Shown: positions 52,275 to 63,883 of the stretch, one piece after another | How the letters are laid out: each line of letters begins with the position of its first letter | Position numbering within the stretch: the first letter of the stretch is position 1 | Source of the DNA: Octopus vulgaris | Taxonomy: Eukaryota | NCBI GenBank assembly: GCA_951406725.2 | Contig: OX597817.1 | Coordinates: 124,186,001 to 124,250,000, forward strand | Reading direction: 5' to 3' | DNA: 64,000 nt | Program-made: the position numbers and the translations under genes | Notes under the pieces: model-generated | Told to the model about the DNA's origin: nothing | Databases searched by the model: none | The model's input: the letters and a program-made list of their open reading frames with translations, nothing else

Positions 52275-52312
52275 CTAATGGTAGTGATGATGACAACAAT
52301 GATGATGATGTT
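52220..52312. repeat. (GAT)n microsatellite
   Basis: Directly visible. Confidence 0.9.
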
Positions 52313-52543
52313 GTAGTGCTGGTTGTAGTGGTGGTGTTGGTGAGAGTGGCGGAGATATAAGGGCAATGAGGACAGTGACAAAGATGATGATGGGAAGTGG
52401 GGAGGAATTGTTTGTACCTTGTTTTTTAATAAATAAATTTCAACTTATTTAACATATAGGCAGAGGTGTGGCTGTGTGGTAAGAAGCTTGCTTCCCAACC
52501 TCATAGCTCTGGGTTCAGTTCCACTGCATGGCAAATATATGTA

Positions 52544-53765
52544 TTAGGTTGTTTCACCTGAAATGTTGCATTTTTAATTACTTGCTATTTCAGTAATTAA
52601 ATATCTCAATTATGTGCACCTTGCATTTAATCTTGACTCTTTTTCTTTCCTAACAATATGGGTATACAAAATTCGTACCCTCAGACCTTATGAAGATGAT
52701 AACAACCAAACTATGTTTGAGTGATTTTTTGTATGAATACAAACTGTGTTACTCTGCTGCAGAAGCTCTATGAATATCTTGTGGGCCTTTGGTAATGGTT
52801 TTGTTTATATCAGAACTGTTCAGAGATGGTTCCAAAGCTCTTGTCCAGGAGATGATAGCCTTGAAAATGAACCAAGGGGTAGGCCAAAATCAGTTATTCA
52901 GCATGATGTATTAAATACTTTGGTTGAACAAAATCCGAGAACAAATGTTTGAAAACTTTCATCAGAACTCCAAACATTTTTGGAAAAGTCAAGAAAACAG
53001 TTAGGTTTGTTCCACATTAACTGAACAAGATTAAAAAAAAACAGACACCTCGAAGTGTGCTTCTTATTGCTTCCTTGATTGGAAAAAGACCATTTTTGCA
53101 TCAAATCATAACTTGTGACGAGAAATGGATACTCTTTGACAATAGCAAGAGAACAGGACAGTGATTAGAAGCAGGAGAGTCACCTAAATGCAACCCAAAC
53201 CCACCATTGCACCTTAAAAAGTTAGTGCTCACTGTATGGTGGACTGCGATGGGAGTTATTCATTATTCATTTTTGCAACAAGGGAAAACGGTAACAGCAA
53301 CATCATATTGCCAGGAAATTGATTGTATGCATGAGAATTTGAAAAAAAAGCAACCCAGACAAGTCAATAAAGATGGCCCAATTTTGCTTCATGACAATGC
53401 ACATCCTCACACTCCTCAAGCTACGGTCCAAAAGTTGCAAAGCCTGAATTATGAGATTTTGAAACATCCTCCCTATTCCCCTGATATCTCTCCTATTGAT
53501 CGTCACTTAATTAAGCATTTTGAGCTTTTCATAAGCAATACAACATTCTTAACATAGAGAAGAAGTAACTGAAGTATTCGGACAGTTTAATCAGAGTAAA
53601 AGATGAAAATTTTTTTAAAGATGGAATATATGACATAGAGGAACGTTGGGTAAACGTCATAAATGAACATGGATCATACTTTGATTAAATAAATCAGTTC
53701 TCTAACACTTCTGAAACATTTTATTGTTACCTTTGAAATATGGCCTTTTATGTGAAACAACCTAA
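52544..53765 (+). mobile_element. Full-length decayed mariner (DD34D) transposon inserted into a family-A SINE
   Basis: TIRs TTAGGTTGTTTCAC / GTGAAACAACCTAA with TA TSDs (52542-43, 53766-67); 1222 bp. Motifs RTVQRWF...LENEPRGRP, IITCDEKWI, VWW..GVIHY, LLHDNAHPH, HPPYSPDISPID. Host SINE halves at 52457-52533 and ~53820-54010. Confidence 0.95.
53207..53557 (+). pseudogene. Mariner transposase catalytic-domain fragment
   Basis: HDNAHPH...YSPDISPID; stops and frameshifts upstream and downstream. Confidence 0.9.
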
Positions 53766-53768
53766 TAC

Positions 53769-53811
<43 letters not shown>

Positions 53812-54641
53812 ATCATATGTATCTATGTGTGTGTGTCTTTGTATATGTCTTTATGTCCCTGTAACTTAGTGTTTTGGTGAAAGAGATTGATAGAATAAGT
53901 ACCAGACAAAAAAAAAGAAGTACTAGGGTCAATTCATTCAACTAAAAGTTCGTCAAGGTGGTGCCCCAGCATGGCCACAGTCTAATGACTGAAACAAGTA
54001 AAAAATAAAAGAGACTGATATTAATGTAGTCACTGCAATTTATTTCATTGACAGCAGGAAACAATTCTTCTTCTTCTTAATGTCTGCTTTAAACAGTAAG
54101 ATGGATATGAAGGTAGTTACATAAAAAGCTCAATATAATTTTCTGAGAAACCTGATTATAATCTTCAGTGTTGGCTGTCTGGGGCAGGCTTTGAGCTTGC
54201 TACAACCCTCCACCATACCCACTAGACCCTATACAGGCTTATACAGTAGACTAAAATGTGCCACCCCGACCTTTCTCCTGACAACTGACATTTTTAAAAC
54301 TGTGAAACAAAATTCTCTGATGGATACTGGAGATCATATTATAGTTTAATTGATCCGTTGTGATATGTGACAATTAATTATAGAAACTATGATGAGTGAG
54401 ACCAATATTTTATTATCAAGATTGTCAATATTTCACAATGAATATCCTTAAATAGAAACTGATTATTTAATAATTTTGATTGCATCATAACTTCCACTAG
54501 TAATTTCCAAATACTTTACAATAAATAGATAATCATCCTTCATTTTTTAAATACAACACAACTTGGAATAATATCTAAAGAAAGTAGAAAAGACAATTTG
54601 GAATAATGGAATATGCCAATTTAAAGAATAACATTTATTTA

Positions 54642-54823
54642 AATGTGAAGTATATTTGCCACTTAAATGTGGCTAACCACTAAGGGTGGATGCTACTGTA
54701 GATTGTAGCCCTAGGAGAACATCTTCTCCAGCTGGCTATTGACACACTTCTTGGGGCTACAAGCTACAGTAGCATCCACCCTTAGTGGTTAGCCACATTT
54801 AAGTGGCAGATATACTTCACATT
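54642..54823. repeat. Near-perfect inverted repeat (~75-bp arms, ~32-nt loop)
   Basis: 54642-54716 pairs with 54749-54823 with 4 mismatches by eye. Confidence 0.95.
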
Positions 54824-54873
54824 GTCATGGAGCTACTGTTTATACCTCGTTCAGAGATTTATTATTGCTCATT

Positions 54874-55099
54874 TACTCTTTTACTCTTTTACTCTTTTAT
54901 TTGTTTCAGTCATTTGACTGCGGCCATGCTGGAGCACCGCCTTTAATCGAGCAACTCGAACCCAGGACTTATTCTTTTGTAAGCCCAGTACTTTTTCTAT
55001 CTGTCTCTTTTGCCGAACCGCAAAGTAACGGGGACATAAACACACCAGCATCGGTTGTCAAGCAATGCTGGGGGGACAAACACAGACACACAAGCATAT

Positions 55100-55156
<57 letters not shown>

Positions 55157-55323
55157 TACGACAGGCTTCTTTCAGTTTCCGTCTACCAAATCCACTCACA
55201 AGGCTTTGGTCGGCCCGAGGCTATAGTAGAAGACACTTGCCCAAGGTGCCATGCAGTGGGACTGAACCCGGAACCATGTGGTTGGTAAACAAGCTACTTA
55301 CCACACAGCCACTCCTGCGCCTA
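54874..55323 (-). mobile_element. SINE family A
   Basis: Full-length, well conserved. Confidence 0.9.
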
Positions 55324-55364
55324 TTTATTTAAACTTTTTCTGCTATAGATTTCTCAGTAGTAAT

Positions 55365-55580
55365 GATCTCTAATTTTGGCACAAGGCTTGCAAGTTTGAG
55401 GATAAGGGGCAAATTGAATACATTGACTACTGTTCTTGACTGCTATTTATTTTATCGACCCTGGAAAGCTGAAAGGAGAAGTTGACCTCGGCAGTATTTG
55501 AACTCAGGATGTAAGAAGCTGGAAGAAATGCTGCAAGGCATTCTGTCTGGCAAGGTAATGATTCTGCAAGTTTGCTATCT
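55365..55580 (-). mobile_element. SINE family B
   Basis: TTTTATCGACCCTGGAAAG...GTTGACCTCGGCAG.ATTTGAACTCAG. Confidence 0.8.
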
Positions 55581-55980
55581 TTTTCTCATTAGTAATAATA
55601 ATCATTTCTGGTTGCTGCATTAGTCTTAGAAGAGAACCTTAATGTAGTTGCTCAGTCTTCTAAAAGAAGCAACCAAATCATCTCCAAAAGTACACAATAC
55701 CATCCTCAAAGGAAGGACTTATTAGATGATATAGTCCACAGAACTTTATTTCTGAAAAGGAAAAGTAAAAGATCAATGGTCTCATAGCTTGAATGTCATT
55801 CATTATAATGTTATGTTAATCAGAGTGGAATCGGGGGGAGTTTTACAGGAATAAACGTTCTTAAAAATAGCAAGTAAAATGAAATAAGATGTTGAGATAG
55901 TTGTATGAACTGAGTAATTTCTATTGACCAGACTAGTGCAGCTGCAACATATGATTGACTTGGTTTTTACAGTTAAATAA

Positions 55981-56196
55981 TCTTTTCTACCCTAGGCACA
56001 AGGCCCAAAAATTTTGGAGAGGGGACCAGTCGATTGGATCAACTGCAGTACATAACTGGTACTTAATTTATCGACCCTGAAAGGAGGAAAGGCAAAGTTG
56101 ACCTCAGCGGACTTTGAACTCAGAATGTAAAGACAGACAAAAATACTGCTAAGCATTTCACCTGGTGTGCTAATGTCCCTGCCAGCTTACTGCCTT
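55981..56196 (-). mobile_element. SINE family B
   Basis: CTGGTACTTAATTTATCGACCCTGAAAGG...GTTGACCTCAGCGG. TTTTTACAGTTAAATAAT on both sides (~55964 and ~56196) looks like a TSD. Confidence 0.85.
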
Positions 56197-56423
56197 TTTT
56201 ACAGTTAAATAATATGAAAGAACTGAAATTGACATATGATAGTTAAATTAACAGCAAGGTACAGGTATGACTGAACCATGAAAAAAGTTAGATTTACCAC
56301 CATATTATTCTGTGTAATTCTGAGTCCACTCCCACTATGATTGGCATCTTGGGCAAATTTTTTTCTTTTTATAATATTGGGTTAATCAGTGCTATGTAAA
56401 TGAAAAGCCCATCATATAAATAT

Positions 56424-56758
56424 CAGGTGTAGCCATGTGATAAGAAGTTTGCCTCCCAATCACAAGGTTCTGAGTTCAGTTCCAGTTTTTGGCATCTTGG
56501 GGAGGTGTCTCCTAGCAAAGCCCCATGCCTATCAAAGCCTTGTGAGTTGATTTGATAGATGGAAATTGAAAGACACCCGTCGTATATGTGTATATATATG
56601 TATGTGTGTGTATATGTTTGTGTGTCCGTGTTTGACATCCCAACATCACTTGACAATCGATGCTGGTGTGCTTACATCACCGTAACTTAGCGGTTTGGCA
56701 AAAGAGACCGATAGAATAAGTACTAAGCTTACAAAGAATAAGCCCTGGGGTCGATTTG
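56424..56758 (+). mobile_element. SINE family A, diverged and 3'-truncated
   Basis: Homology through GATAGAATAAGTACT...CTGGGGTCGATTTG. Confidence 0.8.
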
Positions 56759-57269
56759 TGTGTGAGTGTATAATTTTGTGTTTGTCTTTGTCCCCTACTA
56801 CCAGGAAGAGGTAAGTAACGAATGAAAGAAATGTGTCAGATAACAGAGGAGGAAGATATGCTGAAACATGGAGAATGGTACAAGGAGAATAGAAAAAGAA
56901 AATGCTGCTAGCTTAGCTAAGAATTACGCTGGAGTTTAACCACAATTAGGAGAAATCATACAGATTTTATGTAATGAGCAAAAGTGGAATAAAATTTGTG
57001 TTGACATGAGAAGAATAGGTCAAAAAACCTATTGAGTATTGAGATATGATAGTTAAGAATAGTTTAAGTAAAGATTTAAGCTGGAAAAAGAATGGTAGAG
57101 CAAACCATAGGATCTCCTACTTTCTGCCCTTGGAAAGTTATAAATCATGTATTCTCTTAGTATTTGAAATTTCTTGTTCTCTGTAAATATAACTGAGTGT
57201 GTGTGTGTGTGTTTATCTTTCTGAATATATGTGTCTATGTGTATCTTTCTCTCTTTCTCTCTCATATAC

Positions 57270-58530
57270 TATCATCATTTAACGTCTGCTTTCCATGCTA
57301 GCATGGGTTGGACAATTTGACTGAAGACTGGCGAGCCAGATGGCTGTACCAGGCTCCAGTCTGATCAGGCAGAGTTTCTACTGCTGCATGCCCTTCCTAA
57401 TGCCAACCACTCTGAGAGTGTAGTGGGTGCTTTTGCATGCCACTGGCACGAGGGCCAGTCAGGCAGTTCTGGCAATGGCCATGCTCAAATGGTGTTTTTT
57501 GCATGCCACCTGCACAGGAGCCAGTCCAGCAGCACTGGCAACATATATATGGATGTATGAAACTTGTGTTATCTGCATTACTACCACACCCTCTCTTTCT
57601 CTCTTTCCCTATATGTATCATCATCAACATCATCATCGCTTAATGTCCATTTTCCATGCTGGCAAGGGTTGGACAGATTGACTGAGGACTAGCAAGCCAG
57701 TGGGCTGCATCAGGCTCCAATCTGATCTGGCAAGGTTTCTTCAGCTGGATGCCCTTCATAATGCCAACCACTCCAAGAGTGTAGTGGGTGCTTTTTACAT
57801 GCCACCAGCATGGGAGCCAGTCAGGCAGCACTGGCATTGGCAACATTCAGATGGTGCTTTTTACATGCCTCCAGCACAGGGTACCAATCAGGCAGTGCTG
57901 ACATTGACCCATGCTTGAATGGTGCTTATTACGTGCCACCAGCATGGGTGCCAGTCAGGCCGCACTGGCATCAGCCACAACTACAATTTCCATTTACATT
58001 TTGATTTGACTTGACTCAAATAGGTCTTCTCAAGCACAGCATATCATCTGATGATTCAAGTGTACTTTTAATGGGCTGGTTATGCGACACTGGTATTGGC
58101 CATGGCTGCAATCTCACTTTACTTGCTGGGTCATCTCAATCACAGCAAATCTCCAAAGGTCTTGGTCTCTTCATATTGCCTCTGTGAGGCCCAACGTTTG
58201 AAGGTCATGCTTCCCCACTTCATCCCATGTCAGTCTGGGTTTCCCTTTTCCACAGGTTCTTTCCACTGTTAGGGTGTGACATTTCTTCACACAGCTCTCC
58301 TCATCCAAACACAATACATGACTATACCAGTGCAGACATCTCTCTTGCACACCACATCTGATGTTTGTTGTTTCCAACATTTTTCCCAGGATGCTTACAC
58401 TCTTGTGTATGCACACTGACATTACACATCCAGAGGATCATACTAGCTTCATTTCTTTTAAACCTACGTATGTCCTCAACAGTCATGGCCCATGTGTTGC
58501 ATGGCTGTTCACACACATGCATCATTCAGT
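57270..58530 (-). mobile_element. Two tandem RTE 3' ends (57270-57545; 57618-58530, the latter with ORF2 C-terminus)
   Basis: (CAT)n-TTAA.GTC..TTTCCATGC starts. Minus translation TWAMTVEDIRRFKRNEASMILWMCNV and CGVQERCLHWYSHV...GKPRLTWDEVGKHDLQTLGLTEA. Confidence 0.9.
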
Positions 58531-58844
58531 CAAAATATATACATGACTTTACTGTTTCAAATTCTGGGACTCTCATTTCTTATGAATAATTTCACAAGGT
58601 TTTGCTAATTCTGTGCTTTAGGCTAATCATTAATGCAAGTGAAATAATGATATTGTTCTAATTGAGAATAATTTTATCTACAGCATCTATATGCATTTAA
58701 ACAAATTGACAAGGGACATTTTACATGATTGCTTAACATGCTAGAAATAGCAGTCAAATTTCCTTCAAATCACATTGAACTCTAATGTAAAACAAGCAGA
58801 CCGAGAACATGCAGGATGATGTTGTGCTATAAATCTTTTCATCG

Positions 58845-59206
58845 TTTACTTGTTTCAGTTATTAGACTGTAACCATGCTGGGACACAGCAAACAGAATTT
58901 TAGTTCAGTGACTCAAACCCAATAGGTTTTTAATTTTTAAGCCTGGTGCATTTTCTATTGGTTACTTTTGCTGAACTGCTAAGTTACAGGGACATAAACA
59001 CATCAACATTAGTTGTCAGGCGGTGATGAGGGACATGAACAGACATGAACACACACACACACACACACACACATACACACATACATATATGATGTGCTTC
59101 TTTCAGTTTTCATCAACCAAAAACACCAGTCCTTGGTTAGCCCAAGGTGCTACACAGTGGAACTGAACCCAGAACCATGTGGTTGGGAAGCAAACTTCTT
59201 ACCACC
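58845..59206 (-). mobile_element. SINE family A, diverged
   Basis: TTTACTTGTTTCAG...GCCCAAGGTGC...ACTGAACCCAGAACCATGTGGTTGG. Confidence 0.75.
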
Positions 59207-59498
59207 CAATATATAACTGAATAATTTACAGAATGGTGATAGTACTGGAATACACTTGAGCATAGGTTTGCTTGATCAGGTCTCATACAGGGATGAGCAA
59301 CATGCTTTCCAATTAGTCTATGAAATGCTGAATGAGTTTGTTTTCTACCAGTTGTATATAGTATGAAAAAATGTGAGGTAAGCATGTCTGTGGGGTTACG
59401 GAATACACTTTGCAGCTATTTTGGCATTGGCTTCGATCCCCCAATGTGTCACTGTCTTTTAATATAGCCTTGTGTCATCTATCGCCTTCTTATTTAGT

Positions 59499-59812
59499 GG
59501 AGGCACATGGCCTAATGGTAAGAGCAGCAGACTCGCAGTCGAGGGATTACGGGTTCGAATCTCAGACCGGGCGATGTGAGTGTTTATGAGCAAAACACCT
59601 AAGCTCCACGTGGCTCCAGCAGAAGGTAATGGCGAACTTCTGCTGACTCTTTTGCCACAGCTTTCTCTCACTCTTTCCTCCTGCATCTTGCAGCTCACCT
59701 GCGATGGACCTGAGTCCCATCCAGGTGGGGAACCTATATGCCACGGAAACCGGGAAACCGGCCCTATGAGCCAGGCATGGCTCAAAAAGGAACAGACATT
59801 GCCTTTTAGGTG
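59499..59812 (+). mobile_element. SINE family C (longest copy)
   Basis: TGGCCTAATGGTAAGAGC...GGGTTCGAATCTC tRNA boxes; the body matches 12531-12718. Confidence 0.85.
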
Positions 59813-59871
59813 AAAGTAGTAGAAGAAAACTCTGAGAAAGCCTGTCAGGCACACACTCAACTATGTGTGTA

Positions 59872-59924
<53 letters not shown>

Positions 59925-59993
59925 ATCACTGTTATCATCATCGATTATCATCATCATCATTATCATCATCATCATAATAGTCATCATCATCGT

Positions 59994-60029
<36 letters not shown>

Positions 60030-60030
60030 A
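59872..60030. repeat. Compound (CTG)n-(ATG)n-(CAT)n microsatellite
   Basis: Directly visible; the (CAT)n part is the tail of a diverged RTE-like 3' end at ~60030-60180. Confidence 0.9.
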
Positions 60031-60360
60031 ACTATTTTAATGTCTACCTTTCCATGGATGCACGGGCCAGGTGAGAGTATGTTAGAGCAGAATTTTCTAT
60101 GGCTGGCTACCCTTCCAGTTACCAACCACCACCACCACCACTTATTTCAAACGGCAAAGAGACCAGACATGTTCATTTGGAAAGCTTGAAGCAAATGACA
60201 TTGTATGAATGAGCCGTTTGTTTGCAAAGATTGTCCAACATGTCAAGACGTGTTAAAGAGCCTAGGCAGGCTTTCACCATGATCTGCAAGTAAACTACTT
60301 GTGTATAAATGTGTATGCGTAAATTACTTGTGTATAAATGTGCATATGTGTGCATACATG

Positions 60361-60391
<31 letters not shown>

Positions 60392-60468
60392 TGCTATGTG
60401 TGTTTATATGTGGACGCAAATGTAATTTTGGAATTTCTTCATAAGCGTTGTCTGATGATATTGTTTAA

Positions 60469-60687
60469 CCTTTTAGTATTTAAACCGGCCATATCTGGCC
60501 AAAATAGTTAATCTGTTTTATGTTCAAACTGACCAGATCTAGGCTCTCACACCTACCCTACAATGTTATTCTACATTAAGTAATTACACCATCGAGATCT
60601 TGAAGATATGAGATAATGCATGATTAATTAAAATCAATGTGAATCAAGAGGCATTATGTTTGATTGAATAATCTGAACACTAAAGGG
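60469..60687. mobile_element. piggyBac-type MITE
   Basis: TTAA TSDs at 60465-68 and 60688-91; TIRs CCTTTTAGTATTTAAA and (reverse complement) CCCTTTAGTGTTCAGA; 219 bp; non-coding. Confidence 0.85.
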
Positions 60688-60932
60688 TTAATATTCCAGT
60701 GAACAAACACTTCGTAGTTTATCCGATGTGTGACAATCTCAGGTATGAGGAATACCTTACTTGAGAAACAAGTAAGGGCTGCTGAGTGGATGAGCATTCA
60801 GAAGTAGAAAGTTATTCTCCATGAAGTTTTGTTAAATCCATACCAATATGGAAGACTGGATGTAAACACAATGATAGTGATGGTTTCCATCTGTCTCTGT
60901 CTGTCTCTCTCATACACACACATGCACACACA

Positions 60933-60963
<31 letters not shown>

Positions 60964-60974
60964 GCATATATATA

Positions 60975-61365
60975 TACTCTTTTACTTGTTTCACCCAATT
61001 GACTGCGGCCATGCTGGAGCACCCTCTTTAGTCAAGGAAATTGACCCCAGGACTTATTCTTTGTAAGCCTAGTACTTATTCTATCGGTCTCTTTTGCCAA
61101 ACCGCTAAGTAATGGGGATGTAAACACACCAGCATCGGTTGTCAAGTGATGATGTGGCAGGGACAAACACAGACACACAAGCACACACACATATATATAT
61201 ACATATATACGACGGGCTTCTTTCAGCTTCTGTGAACTAAACCCACTCACAAGGCTTTGGTTGGCCTGAGCCTATAGTAGATGACACTTGCCCAAGGTGC
61301 CAAACAGTAGGACTGAACCCAGAACCATGTGGTTCGTAAGCAAGCTACTTACCACTCCTGCACCT
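60975..61365 (-). mobile_element. SINE family A
   Basis: Full-length homology. Confidence 0.85.
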
Positions 61366-61610
61366 ATATATTTATATGCATACATTTACATATACATAAT
61401 TTGTGTTATGCTTAGATTCAAGCAAGTTACTAGAATTCTTGACTCAAGTCGAATGGAATGAACCATTCCAAATACTTGTTGCATTATCCGTGTGAATGAT
61501 TTTAGGGCTGGATAGCTTGTTCTGCTATCGAGTCATATGATATATAATAACAAAAACAAACCAAGTAAGGATATTGTGAACTCTTTTAATAGATACAGTT
61601 CAGATAATTG

Positions 61611-61742
61611 TACAACAGATAAGAAGGGGGAATTTCATCTCTTACACAAAATCTTCCTCAGTTAAGATATTTTGAAATATTTTGATCTGTCTTAACTGGG
61701 GATAATTTTAAGTAACATGAGATTCTTTTTTTATCTATTGTA
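61611..61742. repeat. Degenerate inverted repeat (~55-bp arms)
   Basis: TACAACAGATAAG...AAAATCTTCCTCAGTTAAGA pairs with TCTTAACTGGGGATAATTTT...TTATCTATTGTA. Confidence 0.7.
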
Positions 61743-61804
61743 ATTTTATATGAAATTCATGTATATATATATATATATTAATATATATGCACCTAAACAT
61801 ACAT

Positions 61805-62001
61805 AAACATCCGCGTATGTATCGTTGGCGATTTTCTTTCTCCGTCTTCCCTTCCTTGGATCTTTCCTTTTTCTATGTTTCTAATGAAGAGCTCTGCTCG
61901 AAACGTTACAATCCTCCTGCTTTCTTTCCTTTCCTGAGCATCCAATAGCACTTGTTCCACATCCTTGCGTTGTTGTGTTTTCTCTTTGTTCGTGTTTGGA
62001 T

Positions 62002-62006
<5 letters not shown>
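61805..62006 (+). mobile_element. Short Penelope-type element with a degenerate minimal hammerhead, ending in (TA)n
   Basis: Homologue of 4256-4461; 61877-61908 reads GTTT CTAATGA A GAGC TCT GCTC GAAA CG TT; ends GGATTAACT-(AT)n. Confidence 0.7.
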
Positions 62007-62032
<26 letters not shown>

Positions 62033-62193
62033 CAATGTATGTGTATTTTTTCAATGAATGTTGGAAGTATAAAGATTTGAATAACACCTGCGTTTAACTC
62101 CATTTCTTTATTTATCCGTTATACATACATACATACATACATACATACATAAATACATACATGCATACATACATACATATTTATATATATATA

Positions 62194-62365
62194 TACGACA
62201 GGCTTCTTTCAGTTTTTCTATCAAATCCACTCACAAGACTATAGTCAGCCTGAGGCTATAGCAGAAGGCACTTGCATAAGGTGCCACACAGTGGGACTAA
62301 ACATGGAACCATATAGTTAGGAACCAAGCTTCTTATCACACTGTCACACATGCTCCTGCACATGG
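62194..62365 (-). mobile_element. SINE family A, 5' half
   Basis: ACGACAGGCTTCTTTCAG...AAATCCACTCACAAG...AAGGTGCCACACAGTGGGACT. Confidence 0.75.
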
Positions 62366-62368
62366 CCA

Positions 62369-62399
<31 letters not shown>

Positions 62400-63179
62400 T
62401 GTATGAATGTATGTATGTATATCAATAAAATCACCAACAATTTGGTGCTGTGAATGAAAATATATTGTGGTATTTACTCTACAAAGTGGGCCCAATCAAT
62501 CCTCTATCTCTTTCATCCATAGTGAATATGTGACCTAGTGATTGGCTCACTGAAAACCTTTAACAAACTTGCTTGTTCATAATTTTGCAGTTTCTTCTTG
62601 TTGAGGTTTCTAACACTTATATTCTTAAAGATATATCAGTAAAACTGCACTTTGATGGTTCTTTTGAGTTTAAAAAGCTCAGAGAAGAGACAAAACATTG
62701 GTGTGGTTTTTGCCTTATCTGCTCCAAGATATAAAAGGTGACTTCTGCTTAATTTTGCAAGCCGACAACGAGCTCTTTAATTATTATACTGTCTTCCCCT
62801 TCCTTTTACATTGGTGGTAAAGGATAGATACAAGACACTGAATCTTTGATAGGAACTGTGTAATATATGACTGTGCTTTAATTGTCTGTGACACCTTTAT
62901 CACCACTTAAATTGGTCAGGAAATATTTCTCCAAGGATTAATTTCTGGAAAAGTGGGTTGTGTAAGTTTATGTTACAATACTGATAATAATCCACTTTGT
63001 TGTCATCATCATCATCATTGCTAATATCATTTCTTCTCCATATTCTTATCATCACTAACACCATCTCATGCAATTATCCTTATCCTCAATGTCATCGTCG
63101 TCCTCTTCCTCCTTGTCATCTTCATGTGATGCTCTTGTTTAGGATTGTATAAGTTTACCTCAATATAGCTACTCCTCAC

Positions 63180-63300
63180 TTCTTCAAGCCCTTTGCTGTC
63201 ACCTTTGTGAGATTCAACATTCTAAAATTTGCCTTCACCACTTCTTCCAAAATCTTTGGTCTTCCTTCTCTTCTTCATGCTTCTTCCACTTTGGTCAGAA
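63180..63300 (-). mobile_element. Old RTE ORF2 C-terminal fragment
   Basis: Minus translation VEEA*REGRPKILEEVVKANFRMLNLTKVT resembles VEGTRGRGRPRKTWDEVVKHDLRTLGLT. Confidence 0.55.
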
Positions 63301-63883
63301 CTGCCAAAAGTTATACATGACACAGTTGCTCCTGAATGTATGATTTCTAATTCCTATGAATAATTTTACGAAGGTTCATTAATGTTTTGCTTTAGGCTAA
63401 TCATCAACGAATGTGAAATAATGATATTGTTCTAATTGGGATAATTTCATCTGCATCAATTATATGCACTTATACAAGACAAAGAGGGATCTACTACATT
63501 ATCTTTTGACCTGCTAGAAATAATGGTCAAATCTCCTTCAAACGACACCATGCATTCATAAGCAAACAGAGAACACATTGGCTGATGTAGTGTTATATCT
63601 GAATAAATGATGAAAATCTCTAAACACAAGGATCTGCTCACTCAGGTCTCTGTTGGTGCTAAACATCAACAACATTAATTAAAATTATGTTATTTTGTTC
63701 TCTTTTTGTTCTATTTAGTATCAAATAATTTTGTTTGTAACTATTTAAAATTAGACAAAATATGTAACAGTATTTAGATATATCCCTTTATTTTCTGTTG
63801 AGAGTTAACTGCCTTTTATCTTTCTTGAAATCAATAATATATGAACAAGTTAAATTCTAAAGATGGTGATGCGTTATTAAAAT

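Noticed and set aside
59905-60030. (ATG)n/(CAT)n self-complementary hairpin
   Set aside because: Juxtaposed simple repeats and an RTE tail; the complementarity is trivial.
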